Source: Auanema rhodensis
Lineage: Eukaryota; Animalia; Nematoda
Reading direction: 5' to 3'
DNA length: 64,000 bases
Assembly (NCBI GenBank): GCA_964057225.1
Contig: OZ059896.1
Coordinates: 15,376,001-15,440,000, forward strand
Shown here: positions 40,049 to 53,581 of the stretch, in pieces
Layout of the letters: every line of letters starts with the position of its first letter
Numbering within the stretch: the first letter of the stretch is position 1
Position numbers and translations under genes: made by a program
Notes under the pieces: model-generated
Databases searched by the model: none
What the model saw: the letters and a program-made list of their open reading frames with translations, nothing else
What the model was told of the DNA's origin: nothing

Positions 40049-42836
40049 AAGCAAAAATGAGTGCAGAAAAGAACAGTATATAGTTTACAACGAAAATATA
40101 ATTCAAATATTAATGTTTCATTAAGAATCAAAGAAACTTCAACAGTCGAGCAAACGAAAACGAAAGAATGATGTTAAACGTTTAGTAAATGGAGGTGTGC
40201 AAATCACTCTACCGACTAACATTTTGCATGATGCAAAACTTCACCAAGGCTTGACCAACTACGAGACAAATCCGGAAAACAACGAATATGATGAAGCAGA
40301 CTTAAGAAAGGCAAAAAGCTGTCTGTATAAAAAGAAAAGATTTGTAGAACAAAGAATGCGAGAGAAAGGAAAATAAAAAGAGAAAAAAAGAGAAAAAGAT
40401 ACATAGCTTCATCACATGGTGGCAGACTTTTTTAGAACTATCGTCTAGATTATACAGTCTAAGCCAACAAAATGGCCTAAATCAGTATGACTGACGATAT
40501 GATGTAGAAAGAAAAATAAATGAATTCTGCTCTTTAACTGACTAAAGGAAAATGAGGAAGAATCATCTCAAAATAGTCTGATCCTCCTCCTTCATTTCAT
40601 TGTCGTACGATTACTACAACTACTACTACTTCCTTTACCACAATTACCTCTCCCCTCATTTCCAAAACAATTTTTATAAAAAAAGAATTGAATGAAGGAA
40701 GAGAAAGATGAAGACAAAAGTATATACGATGCTATGCTGATTGTGTGTTCAGATGGTTTAATTTTTTAAAAAATATTTAGATAGATATAGTGAGAAAAGC
40801 AGAGATGGTTAGTAGTACTAGTAGTGAGAGAAATAAAAAAAGAAATGTGTTGAAATAGATAATATTTGATTGGAAAAATTGACTTTGACTATTTCTTTTA
40901 TTCGAAATTATCCATCAACCTGCCTTGTATACAATATGGAGAAATAAATATAATTCAATAATATCATGACTATGAGAGAGAGGGAGAGCAAGGGAGAGAA
41001 AAAGAAAGAGGGAGAGAGAGAGAGAGCTATAGAGAGAAAGAGAGATAGTGTGATATCGAGTGTAGGTGTTGATTGTTTGGTAAAGGGAAAGATGACGACA
41101 AAAGGAAATACACAAAACGAATACAATCAGATTGCATGCATTCGAAATCGTTCATGAGTTCCATTATCATCACCTCAGAACCTTTGTACCGGCTTCTTCC
41201 TCACCCCAACACACCCACGTCCTCTTTGCTGTCAATTTTTTCGTTTTTTTAATATGAACCATTCAGTGACATTCATAAAAACCGAGACATAATGGCTTAT
41301 ATAATTTCAAAGACTGTGTATGACGAGAATGGTTGTTTTCACTTGCGTACGTCTGTTACCTTTTTAGATGAACAGTCCTCTCTACATATTCTTTTTTGTG
41401 TGATGAAAATAGATATTGATATGAAGATAAGAAACTAATATTTGGAAGCACTTTAAGAATTAAAATTCATTCTTATAAACCTTCTTTGCCCTTTAGCTAG
41501 TAAGAGGGAAAAGAAGAAAAAATATAAGAGGCGACGTGGGGTGAAAGATAGAATAAGTGAGTACAGGAGCGAACTTTTAAAAATAATATTTCGAATGAAT
41601 GAATAAAGAGAGGGAATTTGGACAAATTTTCTCTTAAAATGTTTGAAATGTTTTTGAGAGCATTTGATTAACCTATATTTGAATAAGAACTCAACATGAA
41701 ACGGAGAGAAACGATTCTTATTGAAAGATGAAACTGTTGAATGTTTAAACATGGAATAAGAATAGGCAAAACATTCATCGACAAGATAGTAAAAATTCAC
41801 ATAAAATTAATCATCTAATTCATGATAATTAAGTTATTATGTTGAAAACAAAAAACTATTAATCTCAGGAACATCTGGTTTAAAAGGAATAGTTAATGAG
41901 TTTCAAATCATTAATCATAGTCAAGTTCTATTGAAAGGGCGATTTGAAAGAGTTCAATGTAGTATATAAGAAGAGAAAAGGAAAAAAAGTAATGGGACAA
42001 AAGTAGTTAATTCAATTATTCTGAATCTACTACAACAATGAATGCGACGACGATCTTCAGAGCGGAGAGCTTCTTTCAGGATGAGTAGAATAAGTTGAAG
42101 CCAATATTAGCTAAGCTGGATTAATGAATATAACGGAGAAAACTGACAAGAAGTAACTGTTTTCAACTTTAAAGTAAGCAATACAATCTATTTATCGAGT
42201 AGCTCGTATTCTAGTTTTCTGATATTCAGGTTGTCGTCAAAATATTTGTAGAAGTACTACAATTAAACATTTGCCAATAACGGTCTTTCAGATTTTTTTT
42301 AAAAATAAGCAAAGTGGTTCTCTGGCATTTTTGTGAGCAAGAAAATTAAAAATCAGTTTGCTTCCTCGGTGTTGTCTAACAACTGATTTTTGAAAACAAA
42401 AATTGCTCACATTCCTTAAAGCTGACTCACGATCTCATCCAGCTTACAACATAAATCAGAAAAAAACTAATGTTTTTGAAATGATGAGAGATACTAAGAG
42501 AATTTTAGAGTTGAAGTGTGTCGTGTGAATTTTTAAAATTAATAATAGAATAAAAGAAAAAACTAATGAAAAATGAAAAAAAAAACTTGAGAGTAAATAA
42601 ACAAAAATAAAAAACAAGAAGGTTATTGACATAACATATCACCTCTGAATCAGCAACTTGTCAACTTAAGTTTCTACGAACGAATCTAAGACTTATGGAA
42701 ACAATAAAGAAAATAAACTTGAAAAAAAGCTTATGAAATTATTGGCTGAAGCATTTTCATGTTTCTCTAACGAAACAATATTGTTGCTTGATGTCATCAT
42801 CATCACTGTCAGAAAAAATCCTTCTCATCCCACTCA

Positions 42837-42838
<2 letters not shown>

Positions 42839-42878
<40 letters not shown>
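42839..42878. repeat. (CA)n microsatellite
   Basis: About 20 CA units, directly visible. Confidence 0.9.
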
Positions 42879-42879
<1 letters not shown>

Positions 42880-43842
42880 GCAGACACATGTGCTCAAGTA
42901 AGTTACGAAGACATTTGGCCAGATTGAGTTGAAAATGTGGAAGACTTGAAGAAAAAACATGAAGATTAAGTGACAGCAAATGAATATTGAAACTATTAGC
43001 GAAGGGAGATAGATATAATACTATAACATGAGAATATTGATATATAGCAGCAAGATTTAAGAAAAGAAGAGTTAGTTAGCTATTGCATGAAAAAAAAAGA
43101 AGAAGAAAATACATTAATCTGTTAAGAAAAATAATGAGATAGAGATCATTCATCAAGTTGAACCTGAAATATGTCTGGCACATGTAGAAATGGTTCGGAT
43201 GTTTGTTCAGCAACAACAGATGAGAACTGATATTGAATTCTAGAATAGAAATATGAATCTTGGAGGGCTTAATCGCATGGACGGAAGGATTTATGTCAAA
43301 ACAGAAGTAACCGTTTTGTATACAAACCCTGGACTTAGTGGCAAATCTGGACTGATTATAAACTAATCGGAAAGATGAATGAATAAATCGAAAGCCGATA
43401 CAACCTGGAAACCGGTTGTATTGAAGCGATCGAGACTATGAAGCAAAGGAGTGTGACGACATCGTCAGGTAGGTCTATAGAAAGACAGAAGACGTGTAAT
43501 AAGTCGTTCAACTCCTATCTTCTGGAAATAAAGTCAAGACATGGAATTCAGGTGATGTCACAAAACATGAAGTTACCAGAGTTGTAGTTTGGAAAGTACA
43601 AAACAATAACATCAAAAATATTGGAATCAGTCAGAAGATGACTGACGGCTTACTTGAAAATTACAGTCATTGCTCCGTCGGAATTGTAAGAATTCGTATT
43701 TCTCGAATGGCCCATAATTCATCATTCTAATATGAAAATGAGGCATTGAATATAAAAACAAAAAAGGAACAGGAAAAGAACTACCACACACTGAAATACT
43801 TGAATGAACACGAAGACAGAGGTCTGCAATCGTCATTTTCGT

Positions 43843-43892
43843 CATCATCATCATCATCATCAAAGCCCACTAGCAACAACAACAACAACAAC
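43843..43892. repeat. Adjacent (TCA)n and (AAC)n trinucleotide repeats
   Basis: tcatcatcatcatcatca followed by aacaacaacaacaacaac. Confidence 0.8.
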
Positions 43893-46753
43893 ACTTCTTT
43901 CCTTTATTCCTTGTATCTGTCACAATTCCCTCTCAATTTGCTCGAATCTTTTTTTTCTGAGGTAAAAGATCAATAGATGTTGAAGAACCGCCATTTCTAA
44001 AATAAAAAAAACGATTACTTGGTATGTAGTCTATATCAATCTTCTTTTATGTATTCGGACAGCTGGCTGATCTTTGGGAACACAACCATTCGAACACTGC
44101 AGCTATTTTCTTGTCTTTGCTATCATAAATAGAGTTTCTATTTCTAAATTTTTCTTCCTTATTTAAGCTCAATATAGGATTAACATTAGAAATTATGTTT
44201 TCTTGTGTGCCATCGTCTATAATTCAATTCGTCAATTTGACCACATCACCAGCCACATAGATCTCTAACGTCTCTACGAACGAAACATGCACAAAGTTGC
44301 TTTTTAGCAGCAGAGCATAATTGATTATCCATGTGTCATGGAGCATTCCTTTAAATCGTACTATGGATATTTGAGATGATGGCCGGATAAAAAATGTGAC
44401 TTAAACCTATTAATGTTTGGTTTTTCGTCATCGTTTTCTACGAATCGTTTGTTTAACAACAACCAGCTGTGATTGAAATTTTGAGCTTTCCCAATTTGCT
44501 TTCTGAAAAGGAACATATTCGCTCTTTCTTAGCAAGCTGCTTTCAGTTTTTCTTCACAACTGCCGAATGCTTTTCAGCATTTTGGGAAGGTCACAACCAT
44601 CATTTGTCATTATTCAGCCCTTCCTTCCATGTCTGTGTGTCTTCTTATATGTCTAACAGAATAATCATGTTCTTTTCGTTTCGTCTACGTCGTTTTTGGC
44701 CTACTTTGTTTCGGGCTTGAGGATTGGAGTTTATATATTTGTTTCCTCTGTATTTAGTTGTCATTGCAGTTCATCTGATATCTTTTTCTATTCATAATTT
44801 ATCATTCGTGCTATAAATGTCCTTTCCTTGCCATTTTTTCATCCCTTTTTTGAGGCTGTAGCATGAAAATTAATCCTGAACTTCGTTCTTTCACATTTCC
44901 TATAAATCCGTCCATCCATGTATAATTGAACATCGACACTATGCTGCTATGTGTAGTGACAAGTGATTGATATTCTGCTCTGACCATATATATAAATATA
45001 CTTTATAATCTGATGAAAGTCACGTTAATTTCCATTATCTACACCAACTCTTTCCTCTATATTTCTCGCAATTGTTCACTGACTGCCACTTTGTTTCTTT
45101 CAGTCTCACTGCGAAATAATGATTATATATATATATATGTGTATGTATAACTTTATTTTCATCACCAACCTTTTTTTCGCTCAACTACATATTTTCCGTC
45201 AACATTGTCGCTGCTGCAATGCCTCTATCTTACTCGCACAGCTCTTATTGAGCCACCATATTTACTTTAGGCGTTTTTCTTGACCAGTCCTTGTATTAGT
45301 AAATTTTTGCTGCCAGCGAAGGCTTGTTTAGTTCCGCTTTTAAACGAAATGTCTGATATTTCATTTATCAAGATCTATTCTCTTTATTTCACCCTAATGA
45401 CTTATGCTACTCGTTGTACTTATCACTAGTTCTAGTATCATGTATTATTCTTTTTCTCAAAGTACTTTCTATTTGCGCATTGATCAACAACTTTAACTTC
45501 AACTTTTCACTTATTCTTTTCTTAGGACTAAGTTTCAGCTAATTTTTTCATTGTCTTTTAGTTCCTTGTCGTGATTTCTATATTCTCTTGAAGATAGTTG
45601 ATGATTCGCCCTTGTTCGTTTAAAGAAAGTAAACTAAGTTCATTGTATATTTTTGAAACCTCGAATATTATTGAGGAAGAGTCAGATTGCATAAGATTTT
45701 CATGCTTTTGGTCTGATCTGCGTCTCTGACCAAGTCCTCCAACAGCCATTCCTTGTTTTTCGTCGAAAATTGACCAGTGAAGGCTCAACTTCATTTTTAT
45801 TCCGGTTGCTACTACTGCACTAGCCTTCAAATTCTTTAATATTCGTTTTAAAATTGGCTATTCGGACAACTGGCAGAAGGTCAGACACATCTTTTGTTTG
45901 ATAACGGGAATGTTGTCATGGTAATAACTCAGTAGCTTTTTAAGAAGTTGCGGCATACAAGCCAAGCAGCTAATCTTGTGAGTTTTCTCCCCATCTTTAT
46001 CGTTCAATCATCTCTAGTTTTGGCTGGTGCAAGCCAAGAATAGCGTTCAAAATCAATTTCTCATCTGCAACCTAGGCTATTCAGGAGATGTCACTCAGTA
46101 ATGGCATACCAATAGTGTGGTAATAGTGGTGTACTGTTCAGTTTGCTGGTCATTTTCTAGTAGAGCTGAATGATTGATTTAATCTTTTTTCGTTCCATTT
46201 AACTGCTGTCCTTCAACTCGTCTACAATTTGGAATGTCGCAATCGTGTCTCTGTCTTTTTCTTTCTTCTAACTACCTGTTGCTCTATACTCCCCTTCTAT
46301 CTGTCTTTTTCTCTTTTTCTTCCTTCTCTCTTCACACTATTCTAATTTTCTTCTCTTTTAAACCAAGGACTTTGTATTGATTATACATTTTAACTTTGAT
46401 CCTATTCTCAGTGCGCAACGCATCCGTTCTTTCAGCTCCACACAGAATGTAGAGAAAAGGTTTTTCAATCTTATACACACTATTATGTTTTTTTCACATC
46501 AGTTTTTTTGTCTAATGTTGTATAGGAAACCGATTATCTATGTTTGCCATCAGTACATTAAGTTCCGATTACTACAAAACGTTATTTTATGGCTTTTCAT
46601 ATTATCAGTTAATTTTTTCTTATTATCATCGCTATATTAGTTCCAATATTCTCGTGTTCGTACTTGATTCCCATCCTTAACCAGTTTTCATGTCATTTTT
46701 CCACAGGTAAATCGATCGTTGTGACCTTGTCACCCTGCCCATTTGTGGTTGGG

Positions 46754-49700
46754 ATGAAGTGGACTCAACTGCTTCTCTTACTCTTTTTTTTCCAAATCCA
46801 GGATTTGGTTTTGGCTGCCGAAGAGGGTCCTCACTTGACCACCGACGATGAAGGTTTTGTTACTGTCATCCAAGGATTTGCCACGCAGCTTCAATGTATT
46901 CTTAATACATGCTCACCCAATGTAAGTTTCTTGCTTCCTTATATCTTTCTAATTGAAATATTAGGTTGTCTGGTATAAAGATGATGTGTTGATTTTCAAT
47001 GGCACTAATATGATTGATTCTAAGGCTACAAAGGATGGTTCATTCAAATTACAACACAAGATTGATGTTGACTACGAGAAAAGTATTATTATTTTTTATC
47101 AATTGCTTCACAATTATTTTTAAGCCTGTACTGGTACTTGTAATGATAACACTCCTTGTGATGATGGTTCAGCTTGTGTTGACAATCAATGTTGTGCTTG
47201 TGCCAAAGAGGAATTCACTCTTGTTTTGAAGAATTTAACTTTCGAAGATGCCGGAAGATATCGTTGCCAGATTGCCAACATGTCTGAACTGCTTGAATTC
47301 CAAGTTGAAATCTTAGGTAAATTATTTTTCCTCACTTTTTTAACGTAAATATTCAAGAATCTGGTCTCCGTGGAGGATTCCATGAGAATATCAGCTATGA
47401 TCATTCCCAATGCTGCCAGGAGCGTGGAATTTCGAACACTTGTAGAGCTATGTGTAAACCTTCGGAAATGGGTGAACATCACTTTGATCCTACTAGGTAT
47501 TACCGTTCTTGTAGCATTGTTTGGCAAAATTGTATATTATAGCTGCAAAACAGACGATTACAAGAACTTCTTGTACTGTGCGACTGAAAATGGCACCCGG
47601 ACTCATTTGCACTGCTGCAAAACCCAACTGGTACCATCTTTCTGCTATGACTTCTGTTCAGGAGACTTCAAGGTACTTTTGAAGTTCAGAGTATGTGATT
47701 GAAATCTTTTTTCCTTACAGATGCTTCGTCGTTCTCACAGGCTGTGCTTATACTACCTTCCAGAAATCTTCGAATGTTATAACAGAGCATATCGTATGTT
47801 AATTAATCCCCCTCTTGAGCACTACTCTTCCCTCTCGAGCATTCCCGTGTCGGCTTATTCCCTAGATACTCGTCTTTATTCTCGACGCTCTAGCAACGGT
47901 GGCAGACATTTCAATAAGAAATGAATCAACTCTTTCCTAGTCTATCCTTTCTTTGCATGATTTTCCTGTTCTTCGTAACTTCGTGTCCATAATCAACACA
48001 TCTGTGTCGGGTACAGTCTTGCCTTCTGTTTTTTGCATGTACATATCCGTATTTCGCATGAGTAGTTTAATAGTAGCATGTGGTCGTGTTTCAGATGTTT
48101 TTTTCGGTTTCATGTATAGTGTTCCCTGCGTAAAATAAATGTTGAAATTTCTATAGATGGTCGAAGCTTGTTTTCGCCTGAATATACAACCTTAGAACCC
48201 CATTTTACCCAAGTTTTGTGCATTTTTTTCAAATTTACCTGCATATATGAAGCCGACACGTGTTTAATGTTCCGAAAAAGAGTCCTTTAGACACATTAAA
48301 GACTCTAATGACATGTAACAAGTGTATTTTTTAGTTCCGTATCCGGAGGCTCCAGAAAGTCTTCAAGTTAACGCTGTTGAACATGATAAATTTCAAGTTT
48401 GTTGGAAAAAACCGCCTAGTTTTGATTCGAACAAACAATTTCCAATCACTGGCTATACGGTCTCATACAAAGAAGTGCCGAATTTCCACTTCCTGACAGG
48501 GGATTTGTAAGTTTATTCCAACAAAATCAATCTGAGAGATTGTTTTTTTCCTATTTCAGTGGCATTCCTTCACTTGGAAGTGATTATGTTGATATTGGGG
48601 ATGCTGGAGATGAAGCTGATTATGAGGATTCCACAGAATCTGCAGTTCTTCGTTTAAAAAGAGATACTAATGAGATAACTATACGAAAGAAAAAGTCAAC
48701 TATTGTGTTGATGACAAATGATTCAGAAACTAACACCAGTACTGTTAGGGAATTTAATTTCCAACATGTAAGTTGCCGTTTCTCACGTACTGTTTATTTA
48801 AGCTAGTGTAGCGTTTATGAGCTGTAATTACATTTTTTAAATCATTTTCTTATTAATATCTTTTGTTTCAGGTAAATACAACTAATACCTGTTTAACCTT
48901 GACTAACCTGAGATCTGCAACACGCTATGTTATTCTTGTTACTGCCCGTAATGACTATGGAACTAGCGTTCCTAGTGTGAGAGCTCTCGCCTCCACTAAT
49001 GTCTTTGTCTTGAAAAATAATGGCAGTGCTCCTGATGCTATGGGTGAGATTGAAAATATTGAAAGCGAGATTAAAATATTGTTTGTAGCTTGTTGTAAAC
49101 AAAATGCCGTCACAAAAGTCTGTGCTGATAAAATGTGTATAGTTGACACTAGTCCGAGCGCTTCAGATGTATTCACTCTGGCTACAAGTTGTAGGCAAGA
49201 ATGGCCAAAAGTAACTTTCTTACAGTCATATCTAAATTTTTACCGATGTCCGCATTTTAGGTTTCGCCTTGTATTGCCGATCAGAGAAATCATACAGATT
49301 GTTGTGTTCGAAAAAAAGTATCTCCTGATTGTTTACCTATTTGTTCTGGTTCAACTGATGAGCTATCAGCGAAGTCTATACTATGTTTAACTGTGGATAT
49401 GCCAACTATTTATACATGCATGCGAGAGGGATACGGTATCATTTTTTGAAAAATATTCTTTTCATATTGTATACTTGAAGAAACACACCCATCTGCTCCT
49501 GTCAATGTTTCCATAACTGATGTAACGGAATCCAGTGTTGTTGTACAATGGGAAGATCCTGACGCCAATTCTCATTTAGTAGAAACATTTTCACTTTTTA
49601 TCCGAAAAAATGAGCATGGAGCACCTGTGAAAACTGTAAGCCTATTATCTTTTGTTTCTGATATTTAATTAATTATATTAAGGTTTTCAATGCCGTATCT

Positions 49701-52700
49701 CCTCATACAGAATTAGGGCTCGATGCTGATAGTGAATATACTGTAAGCGTCCAGGCTAACTCTGAAAATGGTCACTCACTACCGTCAACTGCTATAGTTT
49801 TCATTACTAAACCCTCATTATTGTTTTTATGTCCTATCGGAGAACCTTTACTTATATCAGGTTGGACTATGATGCTTTTTCTTATTTTTTTTTATTTTGA
49901 AGAAGGAAGACCATTTATCTGTGGTGATGGACAGAGTTGTCCATTTGGCTATTCTTGTTCAGAGGGAGGAGATGGAGAAATGTATTGCTGTCAATCAAGT
50001 GAGAAAAGCTGCTTAAACTTTGAAAAAAACTTTATTCTTTAAGCTCATGCTCATTCGGATGCTGACTTCCAAGATTGTTGTCAACAACAAAAAGTATCCT
50101 CAGATTGTATGCCGTCTTGCTATTTCAATGCTTCACTCCCCGAGTCATGTAAAGGTAAATCACAGCAAAAAAATATGAATACAAGTATGGTCTAATTGGC
50201 AGGTGAATTGAATAAATGGGTTCAATGTGCTTCTGAAGGTGCAGATCATTCACGCTGCTGTGAGCAACGCAACGTTCCACGCGAATGCTTAACAGGATGT
50301 AGACACCCATTCCAAGTGATATTTATATAAAATATTATTTTGAAATACTACTTCTAGGTTCCTGATAATTGCTTTGACGCAGTGCCTCAATTATCTGCTT
50401 GCTTCGCTGGAAAGCTGTCTGGTCTCCCTTCGGCTGCAAACAATTTAGTAATTACACTGATTCATCATGACTCGGCTACCCTTTCTTGGGAATATTTCGA
50501 CGATGATGTTCGTCATTTTTCCGTGGAGGTATTCATTATTTGTGATGACTAATTTTACAAGGTATTCTCAGGTTTATCAAAACAATTCTCTGTCCAATAC
50601 TACGAATACCACTCAAGATGTCATACGATTAGAGAACCTTCAGCCTAAAACTCGATACAGTGCTCGTGTTATTGCCCATAATGAAGTAGGACCATCACCG
50701 CCATCTTGGACCATCAATTTCACGACTTTGCCTGATCATGGTTTGTCATCTTTTAATAGCAAGTTTGATCTTTTGGTTTCTTTTCAGTGACTGAAGTTGA
50801 TAGACCTAAACAGCCAGATGGCCTTCACATTGTTTGGAATCAGGGCACTCGTGTTAACATTTCTTGGAACCCTGTGACTAAGAGACGAAATGGCGATGAA
50901 GTTACAGGCCCCATTGAATATACATTGTTCTATGTTGATTCAGAAAACAGTGCTAAGTGGACCACGGTACGGATTAAATTCTCCTGAATTAAAAAAATGT
51001 AATTATTCAGATTCGTACAAACAATTCCTGGGTTGTTATGAGTGATTTGAAAAAAGATGCTTTGTACTCGGTGTATGTCACAGCACAAGAGAATGACAAG
51101 AGTAGCAGAAGTTCATCTGTTATAACACTTCTTGCTCAGCACAGTAGGGTTATATTATTAATAACTCATTTGTAATATTTTTTGTAGATTCTCTAGGATT
51201 GCCCGAACCTACTCTCACATTTGATCCTGATCATGCCGATAACTTCTATATTGCTGGAGACAAAATCAGCATTAACTGCTCTGTTTCGGCTGGAGTGCAT
51301 AAAACTGCTGATTATCACATCGATCTCACTGCTGGAAATTACGCGGTGTGTTAATATTATACTGAAAAATATTCATAGTCAACTTGTAGGCTTACAACGA
51401 GCCCGGAGCTTTATGGGTTGCCATAAATGTAACCGCTGATTCAACTTTAGATACTGCCGCTTGTGCAGTTACTGATGTTGATGGTCGTCAAAATGTGAAC
51501 ATGAAACATATTCTTGTGAAATGTAAAAGTTATCCAAATTACTTTTTTTACTCTTTGTTTATAGTTGGGCCCGTTGCAATTATGGACAAGCCCAAAGTAC
51601 GGGCATTTGATGATCAATCTGCTCTCATCACATGCACTGTAAAGGGCTTCCCCGCTCCTAGCATTCAGTATGTTGAATTAGTTCCATTTACGGTATTTTC
51701 ATTGAAAATTGTTTAATTTCAGTTTCCTCAAGGATGGGAGACAAATTAACAAGTTCTCTACGACTGTGAAGCTTATCAAGATGAACACATACAAGGCTAC
51801 ACTTCATGTAAGAAGTTGATAGGTTTACTCTGAATATGAAGTAATATTTCAGATCTCAAATGCAAAAGGAAACGAAGGAATTTATCATTGTGTTGCTTCC
51901 CGCAATGGAACTGTTTCCAAGTCGGATAAGAGTGAAGTACGATATATGAATACTATTTTAGTTCTTAAATTATTTATTTAAGCTCATAATTTCCAAGGAT
52001 TTCCTACCCGTAAATCCTAAATTCATTTTGAACTGTTGTGAAGACGAACATATTGAAGGTGACTGTTTACAAGCTTGTGGAATGGGAAAGGTTCGTTTTT
52101 CATATATTTTTTTTTATTAATGTCTTAATTTTTTATTTTCAGATTCCCGAAAATGTTGGCAATTGCACTCAGTATGCGAAATCTTTATTGAAGTGTGCAT
52201 CTGATATCCGTGATCATTCGGATTGTTGCCTTGCTAAAAAAGTGCCAAGTCAATGTTTACCACTGTGTTCAGGTACAGTTAAAATTTGGAAAACCCTTCT
52301 CTAATTGAGTGTCGTTTTCAGGAGATACTGCTACAGCTAATGTTGACTGTTCCAATTTTGCTGTCGATATAATGGGTTGTTTTGTCAGAGGCCATGAAAG
52401 TAGTCCAGAACCTGTCACCTCATTATCCTATGATGTTATATCCAGGAAAAAAATTAGAGTGAGAACTCTTTTTTTTCTTAAAAACTATGTTATATAATAT
52501 CATTTTTCAGATTAACTGGGAGTCGTCAGCACCACCTAACTTCTTCCAATACTATGCTGTTTATGCCAAGAAATCAGAGGATGATAATGATGATTATCAA
52601 GTAGTTTCTTTTTCTAATTTGTATTTATTCGAAATCATTTTTTAAGATGTACAAAACTTTGAACAAAAATATGCAACTTGATGTTGAGGAGGGTGTTACA

Positions 52701-53243
52701 TATGATATCGGAGTGATTGCTGCTAATGCTTTTGGACACAGTCCTCTAGTGTTTATGGATGTAATGGCTACAGAACCCGGTTTTGATTTAATTTGATTTC
52801 TTCGATAACGTAATTCTCATTTAGAAGCTAGAAAGTCGGATTCTAACAACTCATATAACTTCATCATCATTCTTCTCCTTGTTTGTACATTTGTTGTAAT
52901 CGGTAAGTAATTTTTTATTTTGTCTTATAATTTCAAAATCCAGGCATAATCATTCTTGGACGCCGTCGGGAATTACCTGCTCCGTTAGGAAAATTAATAG
53001 GTCGACCATCCGTACCACATGATCATCCTACTGTTGCTTTCGAAAATCCAGCTTATGGTGTGATAACTTTGAATTATTAAATAATTCCCATTATTTGCAG
53101 TGTCTGGAAACGAAGTTGAGATTCGAGGACTTGGCAGACCTGAATGGCAAAATCAAGATTTGCAAGCATCTCCTTCTGATAATTCTGGTGCCACAACTGA
53201 TTACCGTAATGGTATGAGATACTCTAAACTTGAATCAACATAA
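46754..53243 (+). CDS. igdb-2: Ig-like / fibronectin type III / DB-module / WR1 single-pass membrane protein (igdb family); more than 25 exons
   Basis: Signal peptide MKWTQLLLLLFFFQ; Ig (QLQC...VVWYKD...DAGRYRC); repeated Cys-rich DB modules (DHSQCC, HLHCC, NHTDCC, DHSRCC, DHSDCC); FN3 repeats (LRSATRYVILVTARNDYG; LQPKTRYSARVIAHNEVG); WR1 CPIGEP...CPFGYSC...YCC; TM FIIILLLVCTFVVIG; cytoplasmic FENPAY. Paralog assignment within the igdb family is uncertain. Confidence 0.8.
47866..47924 (+). CDS. Putative alternative terminal exon of the igdb gene (secreted isoform)
   Basis: Acceptor TTCCCTAG ends 47865. Splicing from the donor at 47794 gives in-frame HTRLYSRRSSNGGRHFNKK-TGA. GCATG x4 downstream and AATAAA at 48134. 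Confidence 0.5.
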
Positions 53244-53581
53244 AGCTAAAACTTAATATTTAAGTATTTTTATTTCTTTTTTATAGCATTTTATAACAAC
53301 GATCTAAATTCCTAAATATTTACTTAATTCTTAAATGTGATACGAAGTTCTTGCTACAAAAACGATGTAAATATCTCTAAGCTCAAACTAGCAGTTATAA
53401 TGTTAGTGTTTTAACTATATATTGTTACATTCTTGTTGTTACCATGTATGTTGTGAATCGAACTTCTCATTTTATACTACTAATCCCGTAGTTATAGGGT
53501 TTCTAACGGGTAACTCTGTAATTTATAGCTTGTTGAATAAAATTCATGTGTACTATCTTTATTCTTTCTAGGTACAAATGT

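Noticed and set aside
44334-44355. TGTCATGGAG match to the 5' end of the mir-46/47 (mir-281) family
   Set aside because: The 3' half diverges and there is no complementary upstream arm to form a pre-miRNA hairpin.
27800-46700. Dozens of 60-140-aa ORFs in the intergenic desert
   Set aside because: Low-complexity F/L/S- or K/E/R-rich translations of microsatellite and purine tracts; no chainable splice sites or domains.
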